Source: a virus
Length of the DNA: 64,000 bases
Reading direction: 5' to 3' (one strand)
IMG/VR virus record: IMGVR_UViG_3300034407_003683
Span: 20,867 to 84,866 of that record
Shown here: piece by piece, positions 40,627 to 49,632 of the stretch
How positions within the stretch are numbered: position 1 is the stretch's first letter
How the letters are laid out: each line of letters starts with the position of its first letter
Program-made: the position numbers and the translations under genes
Notes under the pieces: generated by a model
What the model was told of the DNA's origin: nothing
The model's input: the letters and a program-made list of their open reading frames with translations, nothing else
The model's database searches: none

Positions 40627-41966
40627 TATCCCAAAACCTTTAATGGATTATCATCGTTAAAGTTTGTCAGTTTCACACAATTTAAATGTATGTTATAATT
40701 AGTAGATGAAAAAGAATGTTTAGCACTATAGATCAAATAATCACCAGACTTTTTAAGGTCCAATTTGACATCCTCAACCATTGGTCTATTTGCTAAAAAC
40801 AATATTCTAACAATATTGCCAGTTGTATAATGTGCTTTCTTTTCAATAAATCCAGCACCTTCAATACGAATTGTGATTGGTGACTTTGTTAAAAACTTAT
40901 TTAAAGCTCTTGCTATAATTTTCTTTGAGTGATCTGTATTGGTGTTATCTTCATCATATGATTTAAATCTTTCGGATCCATCATCATATGCACCAGATTC
41001 AGATATAACAGAAATTTGCTTTGATCTATATTTCTGCAATAACATATCATCAATTTCAAAATTATCTGCAAATGCTTGGTCTTTGGTAGTTATAGAAGTA
41101 TTTAATACCTTTGACATTGCATCTTTATTTACATCAAATTCATAATCTTTACTGGTAGCACTGTGTGTACTATAGAATGAATGCCTAGCGCCAACCAAAC
41201 CATCAGCAATAATATTAAACATATTTTCGATATTTTCAATTTTATATTCCTTAATAGGAACATGTCTAAATTGAGGAGTTACTTCTCTATCAAAGTTAGA
41301 AATACTATATGTAAAAGGCGAGGAAATATTAATAGGTTGTCTATCCAACATTGTTTTTAAATCAGAATAGATTAAATCATTTGTTGTAAAACTAGAAAAT
41401 AGATATGTCGGAAACCCATCAGCTGTTGTTGCTCTATTCTTAATCCACTGCATTGATTCAAGTGGTGAAAGATTAGGCACAATAACTTTAAGTTTGTTTT
41501 GAAATATATCTGACGTAATATTGTTTACATCTTTATTCAACCACTCTTTTGATATATTTGAAATAATCTTTTGTGGGCTACCAGAATATGCCTTATTGAC
41601 ATTTTGTACATTTGATTTAAATAAAATATCCTCAACCAAATGTAGTACCAATAAATCAACTTGTTCATTAGCTTTTTTATTAGAAATAATTTTATCAATA
41701 ACAAATCTTTTTTCAATAATGTCTTCAGAATTTTCTGTCTGTTTCATTATAATAGTGCAATATTCAGCACCTTGTAGATCTAATCTATCATATAATCTAA
41801 ATGAATCAATCAGAGCAAGCTGGCCAGTCAGATATGGTAAATCCATATGCTCAAAAATCTCAATATCAGTGACAGCGCCGACTAAATCTTGAGGCTCTAA
41901 CATTCTAGATGAATTAATGATAACAGATTGTAGTATATAACCTGCCGTTGTTTTAATCTGAGACAT
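40626..41966 (-). CDS. Baseplate hub protein (gp27-like)
   Basis: IEIFEHMDLPYLTGQLALIDS...G.EYCTI and C-terminal ITIRIEG...GNIVRI...SGDYLIYSAKHSF. Sits between gp53 and gp5. Confidence 0.7.
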   Translation of the reverse strand: MSQIKTTAGYILQSVIINSSRMLEPQDLVGAVTDIEIFEHMDLPYLTGQLALIDSFRLYDRLDLQGAEYCTIIMKQTENSEDIIEKRFVIDKIISNKKANEQVDLLVLHLVEDILFKSNVQNVNKAYSGSPQKIISNISKEWLNKDVNNITSDIFQNKLKVIVPNLSPLESMQWIKNRATTADGFPTYLFSSFTTNDLIYSDLKTMLDRQPINISSPFTYSISNFDREVTPQFRHVPIKEYKIENIENMFNIIADGLVGARHSFYSTHSATSKDYEFDVNKDAMSKVLNTSITTKDQAFADNFEIDDMLLQKYRSKQISVISESGAYDDGSERFKSYDEDNTNTDHSKKIIARALNKFLTKSPITIRIEGAGFIEKKAHYTTGNIVRILFLANRPMVEDVKLDLKKSGDYLIYSAKHSFSSTNYNIHLNCVKLTNFNDDNPLKVLG

Positions 41967-41972
41967 ACTATA

Positions 41973-42722
41973 TTAACTTTTTATAGATTGGAAGAAAGCC
42001 GAAGTTATTTCTTGCATTAGTTCTGGTCTTATGATTTTAATTTGTTTTAAAGAATCATTTTCCTTAACATATCTATCTAGGTGTGTCACCTCTGTGAGTT
42101 GTGCACCTGGTCCTATCCTAGGATCAATATCAACATAATTACCATCTGCATCCTCATAATGATGTGCTGCCAAATATTCTTTACTAACAGAAGAGGAAAT
42201 AATAGAACCAGAGGCCGAGGCAGTTGTTGCCACGTTTCTAATAACCTCTCCGGTCAAATATGTTGATGTTGAATCAATTACTACCTGGCCTAAATCTAAA
42301 TATCTTCGTACGACATCACCTTTGGCTCCTGATGTACTACCGGCGGCAGTTTGACCAACCAATAGAATACCAGTTAAATCATCTCTTGTGGTAACAGTAT
42401 AATGTGGAAAATCTCTCTTAGCCACATCTTCAAGTTGTTTCATTGTCAAAGGCCAACCACTAGCTCTTAAATGATCATTCATCAAAAAGAATGTCCAATG
42501 ATATTCCGGAGTGCCGTATAGTTTATATGACACTTGATCTGGTCTATCATTTTCTTGAATATCGTAATACTGATAAAAACTTACATTATCCTTAACTTGA
42601 TCAATAACGTCAGAATAAAGTGACACATTTTGGAATATTTCATATGTTACTTGCTCACCACCTAGTGTTTCTTGATCTCCAAACACATATGGAATTCTAG
42701 GAAAGTTTCTAAAATATAACAT
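41973..42722 (-). CDS. gp53: Baseplate wedge subunit gp53
   Basis: YFRNFPRIPY...YDIQENDRPDQVSYKLYGTPEYHWTFFLMN...WPL and IKIIRPE. Confidence 0.92.
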   Translation of the reverse strand: MLYFRNFPRIPYVFGDQETLGGEQVTYEIFQNVSLYSDVIDQVKDNVSFYQYYDIQENDRPDQVSYKLYGTPEYHWTFFLMNDHLRASGWPLTMKQLEDVAKRDFPHYTVTTRDDLTGILLVGQTAAGSTSGAKGDVVRRYLDLGQVVIDSTSTYLTGEVIRNVATTASASGSIISSSVSKEYLAAHHYEDADGNYVDIDPRIGPGAQLTEVTHLDRYVKENDSLKQIKIIRPELMQEITSAFFQSIKS

Positions 42723-43900
42723 TAGTAACCCTTCTGTATATCTTGTTTTGATAGTGCACGATATTCTTGGAATACTAGTGTCATATCAACTTCTGTAGGT
42801 TGCCCATCTGCATGGAATACCATACTATTAGGATTATATGTAACCTGACAGCTTCTTAAATATGAGAATTGAATCATTGGTACCTTTGCTTTGGCACCAA
42901 TAAAATCAAATTCAATCTTAAATAGATTTGGAAATTTATAACCAGCAGGAACACCATTAATCATATCAATAGTTTCTGGATACATTTCTTCTCTAAATGT
43001 TTGAATGATTTTTTCAATTTGAGTTGCTTCTGCCGAAGATGTTGAAATTAATCTAAAAGTGAATGTAAAGTTTCTAATGTTTGGTTGTTCAAACATAGTT
43101 CTAGTACCAGGATTAATGCCAACTTGTAATGCAGTGGCAGCGGCAGTCCTTAGTCCAACCTTAGGGATAAACTGTGTTGCCCTAGCAGCAGCTACCGAAG
43201 CCGCTGCACCACTAATTTGACCAGTTGCCAAATTAAAGATACTTTCCATACCTTCACTAATACCTCTGGCAACTGCACCAGTTAGTGATGATCCAGCATT
43301 TAAAGCACCAATAGCAGTAAGTCCACCTGGTCCTAAATTGGATTGACCATATGCAACATCGTCATTAAATACTAATGATTGAGGCATATACATTTGAATA
43401 ATTGGTGAGTTTGTAACTCTTTTTGTTTTTACATCAGTGATACCACCATTAGACTTTTTTACGTCATCATTGGATTGTTTATCTTTGGCAGCAACTGCAA
43501 CATCAACTCCGGCGCGTTTAAAATCTTCCTGATTACCAAAATCTGCCACATCCTTTTCAGTTGCTCCATAACTAGCCTTTGCATTATCTGATAGATTTTC
43601 ACCACGGATACCGGCATCAATTAATGGAATATCAAAATAACTTTTAAGTGAAGATGTCGACACTGTATATGCATCAACCTGGTGCAATGAAAAACGCATT
43701 CTGGCAGGAAATGATGCATATCCATCAGCTGGATATCTATAAACTTGAGTACCTGCAAATTGTGTTTTTGCACGATTTACCATTGCATTTGGATTTGTTT
43801 TTGTACCAGCTGGAATAATACCCTTTATAGTATTATGTCTATTCTGTGATGCAGCTGTGGTGCCGAAGTTTGGACTACCAGGTCCGTCTTGTCTAGCCAT
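42722..43900 (-). CDS. gp48: Baseplate tail-tube cap gp48
   Basis: IQMYMPQSL, INPGTRTMFEQPNIRNFTFTFRL...EATQIEKIIQTFREEMYP and CQVTYNP. Confidence 0.88.
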   Translation of the reverse strand: MARQDGPGSPNFGTTAASQNRHNTIKGIIPAGTKTNPNAMVNRAKTQFAGTQVYRYPADGYASFPARMRFSLHQVDAYTVSTSSLKSYFDIPLIDAGIRGENLSDNAKASYGATEKDVADFGNQEDFKRAGVDVAVAAKDKQSNDDVKKSNGGITDVKTKRVTNSPIIQMYMPQSLVFNDDVAYGQSNLGPGGLTAIGALNAGSSLTGAVARGISEGMESIFNLATGQISGAAASVAAARATQFIPKVGLRTAAATALQVGINPGTRTMFEQPNIRNFTFTFRLISTSSAEATQIEKIIQTFREEMYPETIDMINGVPAGYKFPNLFKIEFDFIGAKAKVPMIQFSYLRSCQVTYNPNSMVFHADGQPTEVDMTLVFQEYRALSKQDIQKGY

Positions 43901-43910
43901 CTACACTTCC

Positions 43911-43918
43911 TATAAATA
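43911..43918 (+). promoter_or_regulatory. T4-type late promoter TATAAATA for gp4
   Basis: Exact octamer on the plus strand, 32 nt before 43950. Confidence 0.75.
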
Positions 43919-43933
43919 AATAAATTACAACCT

Positions 43934-43941
43934 TATTTATA
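43934..43941 (-). promoter_or_regulatory. T4-type late promoter TATAAATA for the gp48-baseplate operon
   Basis: Exact octamer on the minus strand, facing the plus-strand promoter. Confidence 0.75.
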
Positions 43942-43949
43942 ATCAAAAA

Positions 43950-44444
43950 ATGGCATATTCAGGCAAATACAAACCAAACATTAAGAAATACAAGGGTGAT
44001 CCGGACAAAGTGACATATAGGTCACATTGGGAAAAACTTTGTTTTATGTGGTGTGATCGTAACCCAGAGATAAAAAATTGGAGCTCTGAAGAAATAGTAG
44101 TTCCATACTACTGGGATATTGATAAAAGATATCATAGATATTTTGTTGATCTTAAAATTACATTCAATAATGGCAAAACTATATTGGTTGAAATTAAGCC
44201 GGCCAAGGAAACAGAACCACCAAAGAATCCAAATAAGAGTAAGCGATACATAGGAGAGGCAATGACCTATGTAAAGAACATGAATAAGTGGGAAGCCGCA
44301 AATTCTTTTGCCAAGGACAGAGGATGGGATTTTCAAATATGGACAGAAAATACTTTAAAGTCCATGGGTATTATGAAAGAACAAAAAGGTAAGATAAAAC
44401 CATTGAAACCACTAAAACCATATCGTAAAAAACCTAAAAAATAA
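43950..44444 (+). CDS. gp4: Head completion nuclease gp4
   Basis: KYKGDPDKVTYRSHWE...WSSEEIVVPY...HRYFVD...LVEIKP...NMNKWEAA. Confidence 0.92.
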   Translation: MAYSGKYKPNIKKYKGDPDKVTYRSHWEKLCFMWCDRNPEIKNWSSEEIVVPYYWDIDKRYHRYFVDLKITFNNGKTILVEIKPAKETEPPKNPNKSKRYIGEAMTYVKNMNKWEAANSFAKDRGWDFQIWTENTLKSMGIMKEQKGKIKPLKPLKPYRKKPKK

Positions 44445-44452
44445 TATAAATA
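44445..44452 (+). promoter_or_regulatory. T4-type late promoter TATAAATA for gp2
   Basis: Exact octamer between gp4 and gp2. Confidence 0.7.
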
Positions 44453-44457
44453 GTATC

Positions 44458-45048
44458 ATGAGTAGTTTATTTGCAAAATTAGAATATGAAGCATTCCGAT
44501 CCGGAATTAATCCTCGCACTAAAGAAGCACAGGATTGGTTTCGTAAAAAAGCACAGCAGATGCGACGGATCAATCGAACTGAATTATTACAAGATGATCA
44601 GGTAAAGTTAGCAAATAGACAAAATCCTTTAATCGGTTCTATGAATATGTTTTTCTATGATCCAAAGACAAAGGATACTCTGCCCTTCTACGATAGATTT
44701 CCATTGGCTATTATCGTAGGACCCGCAGAGAAGGGATTTTATGGTTTGAATCTACACTATTTGCCACCAGTATTAAGAGCAAAAATGCTGGATGCTTTAT
44801 TGGATATTACTAATAATAAAAAATATGATTCAACAACGCGTTTTCAAATGTCATATAAGATGTTACAATCATCTAGTAAATTGAGATATTTCAAACCATG
44901 TTTCAAACACTATCTTACATCTCATGTAAAATCTAGGTTGGCTCGAGTCGAAGCACCAGAATGGGAAATTGCAACCTTCCTACCAACAGCCAGTTGGGAG
45001 AAGTCAAGTGCAGCAAATGTCTACAGAGAATCGAGGAAAGCCTTATGA
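44458..45048 (+). CDS. gp2: DNA end protector protein gp2
   Basis: GSMNMFFYDPKTKDTLPFYDRFPL...FYGLNLHYLPP...CFKHYL...WEIATFLP. Confidence 0.92.
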   Translation: MSSLFAKLEYEAFRSGINPRTKEAQDWFRKKAQQMRRINRTELLQDDQVKLANRQNPLIGSMNMFFYDPKTKDTLPFYDRFPLAIIVGPAEKGFYGLNLHYLPPVLRAKMLDALLDITNNKKYDSTTRFQMSYKMLQSSSKLRYFKPCFKHYLTSHVKSRLARVEAPEWEIATFLPTASWEKSSAANVYRESRKAL

Positions 45049-45737
45049 GTAGTATAGATCAACTAAAATCACTTGCATCATCTAAATTAGGATTTGCAAG
45101 AACAAATCAATTTTTGGTTGAATTACCTACCACTTTTAGTGGTACTGGTGGCTTTTTAGGGCAGTTAACCACATTACTTACCAGTGGTGTAGGTTTAGGT
45201 TCTGGTGGTGGTGATCTTAATATACTTTGTGCTAATGCAACATTGCCTGGTAAACAAATTATAACACATGAACGTAGAATTGGTATGGAGTTTCAAAAGG
45301 TTGCCTATGGTTATGCAGTCGATGATGTAACACTCACATTCTATGCACTAAATGATTATGGCGTTCGTAAATACTTTGATGAATGGAAAAATACCATATT
45401 AAATGAGAATGGTAATATTGCTGGTTATAAAAAAGATTATGTAAAAGATATTAAAATACATCAATTAAGAAAACCAATTAAAAATATTGGTACTAATGCA
45501 GGACCTATTAAAGTAAACATTGGATTGGGTGGTGGTTCTGTATATTCTGTAAGGCTAATAGATGCCTTTCCAACAACAATACAAGCGATTGAATTAAACA
45601 ATGACATGGATGGACTGGTGCAGATATCAGTTCAAATGTCATATACAAATTGGGAACCAGTAAGTAGTGGTCAAGGCTGGATTCAAGCCTCTGGCGGTAT
45701 TGCTGGCGGCCTAGGTGGATTATCTAATTTTTTATAG
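45045..45737 (+). CDS. gp54: Baseplate tail-tube initiator gp54 (tube-fold). Start corrected from 44961 to the ATG at 45045
   Basis: ARTNQFLVEL, LC.NATLPG, DDVTLTFY...YFDEW and DAFPTTI..IEL. ATGA overlap with the gp2 stop, preceded by GAGG. Confidence 0.75.
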   Translation: MSSIDQLKSLASSKLGFARTNQFLVELPTTFSGTGGFLGQLTTLLTSGVGLGSGGGDLNILCANATLPGKQIITHERRIGMEFQKVAYGYAVDDVTLTFYALNDYGVRKYFDEWKNTILNENGNIAGYKKDYVKDIKIHQLRKPIKNIGTNAGPIKVNIGLGGGSVYSVRLIDAFPTTIQAIELNNDMDGLVQISVQMSYTNWEPVSSGQGWIQASGGIAGGLGGLSNFL

Positions 45738-45745
45738 GAGTTATT

Positions 45746-45985
45746 ATGGGTAAGAAAAAACAAAGAGCACATCAGACATCAAAGGGTCAACGTAAATCAC
45801 AAGACTCACGATGGACTAAAGAGGCTCGTAGAGAATGGGTTGGTAGTACTGCACAGTTGACTGCAAAGGTTGCGGCATTTAAAAAGGGTAAGAATGTCAT
45901 GTTGACTATTAAAAACCCTAATACCAATGAAACAAATAAACCGTTTATTCGGGTGAATGCAAAGGACGTTTGGAGAACTGCATAA
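45746..45985 (+). CDS. Small basic hypothetical protein
   Basis: 79 aa, GGAG SD, in operon context. C-terminal NPNTNETNKPFIRV motif. Confidence 0.7.
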   Translation: MGKKKQRAHQTSKGQRKSQDSRWTKEARREWVGSTAQLTAKVAAFKKGKNVMLTIKNPNTNETNKPFIRVNAKDVWRTA

Positions 45986-46698
45986 TGGCACTGCCAAGAT
46001 TGAATGAATCACCACAGTATGAATTAGTTATACCTTCTACCAAAAAAACTATACAATTTAGACCTTTTTTGGTAAAAGAACAAAAGGTATTGATGATTGC
46101 TTATGAATCACAAGATCGTAAGCAAATTTTAAATTCTATTTTAAATACCATTGAAGCTTGTGCACCAGAAATTAATGCAAAGACACTTTCTGCTTATGAT
46201 ATTGATTATATTTTTACAAAGATTAGAACAAAATCTGTTGGAGAAAAAGCTACTATTATTGCAACTTGTAATGAATGTGAACATAAGAATGAAATAGATG
46301 TTGATTTGGATGGTGCATATATTGACGGCGATGTAAAAAATAACATTATTAAAATAACAGATGAAATTTCAATTAAAATGAGATATCCAAGTTATTATGA
46401 AATGATTAATAATGATATCATCACATCGGACAATGCTACTGGTAGTGAAATATTAAATGAGACTGTTAAACTTTCCATTGAAAGTGTAATGACAGAAGAA
46501 GAAAATATTAGTCTTAGAGATGAGTCTGACGAGGAAATTGAAAGATTTATTAATTCATTGAAAACAGAACAGTTTGGAAAAATTAATGACTTTATTCTTT
46601 CTGTTCCTAAATTAAAATTTAATATGAACTATGTTTGTGAATCTTGTAATAAAACAAATGAAAAAGTGTTGGAGGGAATGGAGAATTTTTTTTCCTAA
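45985..46698 (+). CDS. gp26: Baseplate hub assembly protein gp26 (start at ATG 45985)
   Basis: MALP...YELVIPST...FRPFLVKEQKVL, DIDYIFTKIRTKSVGE, two CxxC motifs (CNEC, CESC), and the ending EGMENFFS. Confidence 0.9.
   Translation: MALPRLNESPQYELVIPSTKKTIQFRPFLVKEQKVLMIAYESQDRKQILNSILNTIEACAPEINAKTLSAYDIDYIFTKIRTKSVGEKATIIATCNECEHKNEIDVDLDGAYIDGDVKNNIIKITDEISIKMRYPSYYEMINNDIITSDNATGSEILNETVKLSIESVMTEEENISLRDESDEEIERFINSLKTEQFGKINDFILSVPKLKFNMNYVCESCNKTNEKVLEGMENFFS
46686..46692 (+). other. Candidate -1 ribosomal frameshift heptamer T TTT TTT at the end of gp26
   Basis: The gp26 frame reads GAG AAT TTT TTT TCC TAA. A -1 slip gives ...TTT TTC CTA AAC CTC TCT CAT, which enters gp51. Confidence 0.65.
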
Positions 46699-46868
46699 AC
46701 CTCTCTCATGATACATTAGAAAACTATTATAGGACGAACTTTCAACTATTGCAAAATTTTCATTATTCTCTTACTGAAATAGATGAAATGATGCCGTGGG
46801 AGAGAGAGGTATATTTAGCCATGTTAATGCAGGATCTTAAGGAAAAGAACGAGAGTATAAACCAATGA
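46689..46868 (+). CDS. gp51: gp51-like baseplate hub assembly segment with no start codon of its own (-1 frame extension of gp26)
   Basis: Missed by the ORF track. Reads FFLNLSHDTLENYYRTNFQLLQNFHYSLTEIDEMMPWEREVYLAMLMQDLKEKNESINQ*. The frame opens after the TGA at 46659 and has no ATG, GTG or TTG before the conserved LSH...NYY block. Its stop overlaps the next ATG. Confidence 0.8.
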   Translation, partial: FFLNLSHDTLENYYRTNFQLLQNFHYSLTEIDEMMPWEREVYLAMLMQDLKEKNESINQ

Positions 46869-48394
46869 CAACACTAGCTGATATTAATAATACGCTTATA
46901 GAACAATCCGATGTATTAAGAGATAATAATACCGGAATAGAAAAGCTCACTAGAACAGTTGGTGTTTTTACCAGAAGTTTTAGACAAAGCGCATTAGATA
47001 ATTTAGAAGCTAGCCGTGAAGTAAGTCAAGGTACATCCGGTGCTGCTACCATTCAACAAACCCAACAAAACATACAAACAGATAGTCCCTCAGGTGGTGG
47101 ATTTTTAGAATTTTTAGGATTAGGTCGATTAGGTACTATGTTAGCCAGTGGTATTGGTTTGGCAATGGTTGGTGGTTTATTTAAATCTTTACTTAAAAAA
47201 GGTATTTTTGGTGCTGCTGCTGTTTTTCTAGCCGATGAAATTGGTGACTGGGTTAGAAATGCTACTGGTAGTCAGTTATATGGCGACCTTACTGAAGCTG
47301 GTATAGTTGGTGCTGGTGTTGGTTCGATATTTGGTCCAAAGGGTGCCATTGCTGGAGCTCTTATTACGGCAGTACAATCCGCATCAACAAAATTAGGTAA
47401 GTATATTGAGACAGAAACTGGCAATTTAAAATATGATTTTAATGTGCTTTTAGGTCAAACCGCACAGGCAGTAACCGGTATAGCTGGTGCGGCCGGTATT
47501 GGTTTTATGATGGGAGGTCCAATTGGCGCACTCATCGGTGGTACTGTTGCAGCTGGTCTGCAATTACATGATGCTATGGAAAGATATAAAAATGATCCTG
47601 CATTTCAAAAGCAAGTGGATGATGCAAAGAAGAAAATAGAAGAAACACTTGCTAGCATTAAAGATACTTTTCTAAATACAATTAACAAATATTTGGATGA
47701 TTTTGTTACAACAGATGCTGAAAAGAAAGCAGTAACAGATGCCATGAGCCAAACTACTGCTGGACAAAAAATGTTAGAAAGAGAAAGAATCGCCGAAAAT
47801 CAAATTAGCACATTGGGTAGCCTTAGAGAAAAGGCAGAAGGTAGTAGAGATATATCTGAATTAACAGCAATAGCAGCAGAAGCTGGAGTTAATATTAGTA
47901 ATATGAGTAAAGATCCGATGTTATTAGCGGTGGGAATTTATCAGGCAATAATGAAAAGGCAGGACGAATTAAAAGAATCGCTAAAGGATGTAAGAATTGA
48001 AAGAAAAAATCTGGAGAGACAACTTAGCATCAAACAAACTACAAGCGGCGAGAGCTCTACAAGAATTGACAGTAGGATTGCCGCCATTTCGGCACAATTA
48101 AATAATCCTAATGTTGTAGGAGATCAAAAAACCATTTTGGAATCCCAGCTTATAGCATTAAGAAAAGAAAAAGCATTATTAGAAAAATCAGTTACTAATA
48201 ATGGGGCAACTCTTACAAATGCTATTAGGGATATGAGAGGACCAGATGCTGGTTATATTAATGCAGTTGACGCATCAACTACTAACAATATTGGAAGTGC
48301 TTCCACCACCCTCGTAGGTTCCGGTACTAGTACCATGGACATAAATAATCCGAACTTTATGAGAGCGATGGAAGCTCGTTTGGTTGGACGTTAG
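46865..48394 (+). CDS. Tape-measure-like protein (gp29 equivalent)
   Basis: Helical 509 aa protein with Gly/Ala-rich hydrophobic GAIAG/GALIG segments and coiled coils. Follows gp26/gp51. Confidence 0.6.
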   Translation: MTTLADINNTLIEQSDVLRDNNTGIEKLTRTVGVFTRSFRQSALDNLEASREVSQGTSGAATIQQTQQNIQTDSPSGGGFLEFLGLGRLGTMLASGIGLAMVGGLFKSLLKKGIFGAAAVFLADEIGDWVRNATGSQLYGDLTEAGIVGAGVGSIFGPKGAIAGALITAVQSASTKLGKYIETETGNLKYDFNVLLGQTAQAVTGIAGAAGIGFMMGGPIGALIGGTVAAGLQLHDAMERYKNDPAFQKQVDDAKKKIEETLASIKDTFLNTINKYLDDFVTTDAEKKAVTDAMSQTTAGQKMLERERIAENQISTLGSLREKAEGSRDISELTAIAAEAGVNISNMSKDPMLLAVGIYQAIMKRQDELKESLKDVRIERKNLERQLSIKQTTSGESSTRIDSRIAAISAQLNNPNVVGDQKTILESQLIALRKEKALLEKSVTNNGATLTNAIRDMRGPDAGYINAVDASTTNNIGSASTTLVGSGTSTMDINNPNFMRAMEARLVGR

Positions 48395-49299
48395 TCTTCT
48401 TGAGCCAATTTGGCAAAATAGGACATAGTGTCATCATCATCTGATAGGTTCATTGCCTCTGCCGTAACAGGTTCTGCAACTTTATACTCTGGCTGAGGAG
48501 CCGGTGTATTCATCATAGATTCCTGTTTCATTGTAGGTGCACCCATAGACATTTCCTCACCTAGAACTCGGGCCAATTTAGCCTTCAATTCGTCATAGGT
48601 TTTATAATTGGATGGGTCATTAAAATCATTTAGATTATGTAATGAGTTGTAGACACTTTCCAATTTAGACTCATCGCCGTCATACAGAGATGATGCTGAT
48701 GCAAATTCAGACTTATCATAATTGCGATAACCTTCAACTTGACGGATCTTCAATTTAAAGTCTGCACCTTCCCAAAAATCAAATGGGTTTACAGGCTTTT
48801 CATCCTGGAATGATGGTTGCATCACATCCATGATTTTATCAAAGATCTTTTTACCGAATTTATAAAGTACAACTCGACCCTCATTTTGAGGAGCAGAAGG
48901 ATCTTCTACAACAAGAGCATTGACTACATAGTGGAGTCGGCGCTTTTGTTTACGAGCGGTTTCTTTATCTTCTTCGTGTCCAGAATTCCAGAGCTTTGAG
49001 TTGAGTTCACCAACTGGATCAGGTTGACCAATAGATGTAAGGCTGTTTTCGATATACCAAAGACCGGTTGGCCCTTTGAATCCATGGTCCCAATATCGGA
49101 CCCATGGTAGGTCTGAACCTTCCGTTGCTGGGAGGAATCGTAATACTGCATATCCATTTCCTGCTTTATCTACGGTAGGTTTCCAAATACGTTCATCGTC
49201 ATAGTTCTTTTTCTCACCACCAGGACCACCAACGGCCTCTGCTGCCTGAACAAGTTTAGAAATATCTGTACGATTACGTTTTAGTGTTTCGAATGACAT
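48391..49299 (-). CDS. gp32: Single-stranded DNA-binding protein gp32 (start corrected to ATG 49299)
   Basis: DERIWKPTVDKAGNGYAVLRFLP, HGFKGPTGLWYIENSLT, KFGKKIFDKI, FDFWEGADFKLKI and an acidic tail. AAGGA SD lies upstream of 49299. Confidence 0.95.
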   Translation of the reverse strand: MSFETLKRNRTDISKLVQAAEAVGGPGGEKKNYDDERIWKPTVDKAGNGYAVLRFLPATEGSDLPWVRYWDHGFKGPTGLWYIENSLTSIGQPDPVGELNSKLWNSGHEEDKETARKQKRRLHYVVNALVVEDPSAPQNEGRVVLYKFGKKIFDKIMDVMQPSFQDEKPVNPFDFWEGADFKLKIRQVEGYRNYDKSEFASASSLYDGDESKLESVYNSLHNLNDFNDPSNYKTYDELKAKLARVLGEEMSMGAPTMKQESMMNTPAPQPEYKVAEPVTAEAMNLSDDDDTMSYFAKLAQED

Positions 49300-49344
49300 A
49301 GTTATTGTATCCTTTGTATAACTGAAATATGATTTTGTATGTTT

Positions 49345-49373
49345 ATTATAACACAATATAGCTGTATTGTACA
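49345..49373 (-). promoter_or_regulatory. Sigma70-type promoter for gp32
   Basis: TGTACA-17 nt-TATAAT with TG at the extended -10 position. Confidence 0.65.
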
Positions 49374-49389
49374 ACTATATATAATGTTT

Positions 49390-49632
49390 TTATTCAAAAA
49401 AAGCAGAATCAAGAGAATTAAGTTTAGGCAAAAAGTTTAAGTTCATTGCCTCAGCCTCAAGTTTGCTTTTTATGATCGGTGATATGAATTTACCCACATC
49501 CTCCGGATCAATTTCGTTCTTATCACAAACATGTAGAATAGCATCCATATAGGTAATTTTAAGATCACCCACTGTTTTTTCTATAAGTTTTGTGAATCTA
49601 TTTTTATTTAAGAAGTGATTTTCGACCGTCAT
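49390..49632 (-). CDS. gp33: Late transcription co-activator gp33
   Basis: FTKLIE...ITYMDAILHVCDKNEIDPEDVGKFISPIIKSKLEAEAMNLNFL. Confidence 0.9.
   Translation of the reverse strand: MTVENHFLNKNRFTKLIEKTVGDLKITYMDAILHVCDKNEIDPEDVGKFISPIIKSKLEAEAMNLNFLPKLNSLDSAFFE

Noticed and set aside
43950-44444. Homing endonuclease or TnsA transposase
   Set aside because: Sequence and position next to gp2 match the T4 gp4 head-completion nuclease, and there are no transposon ends or other mobile genes.
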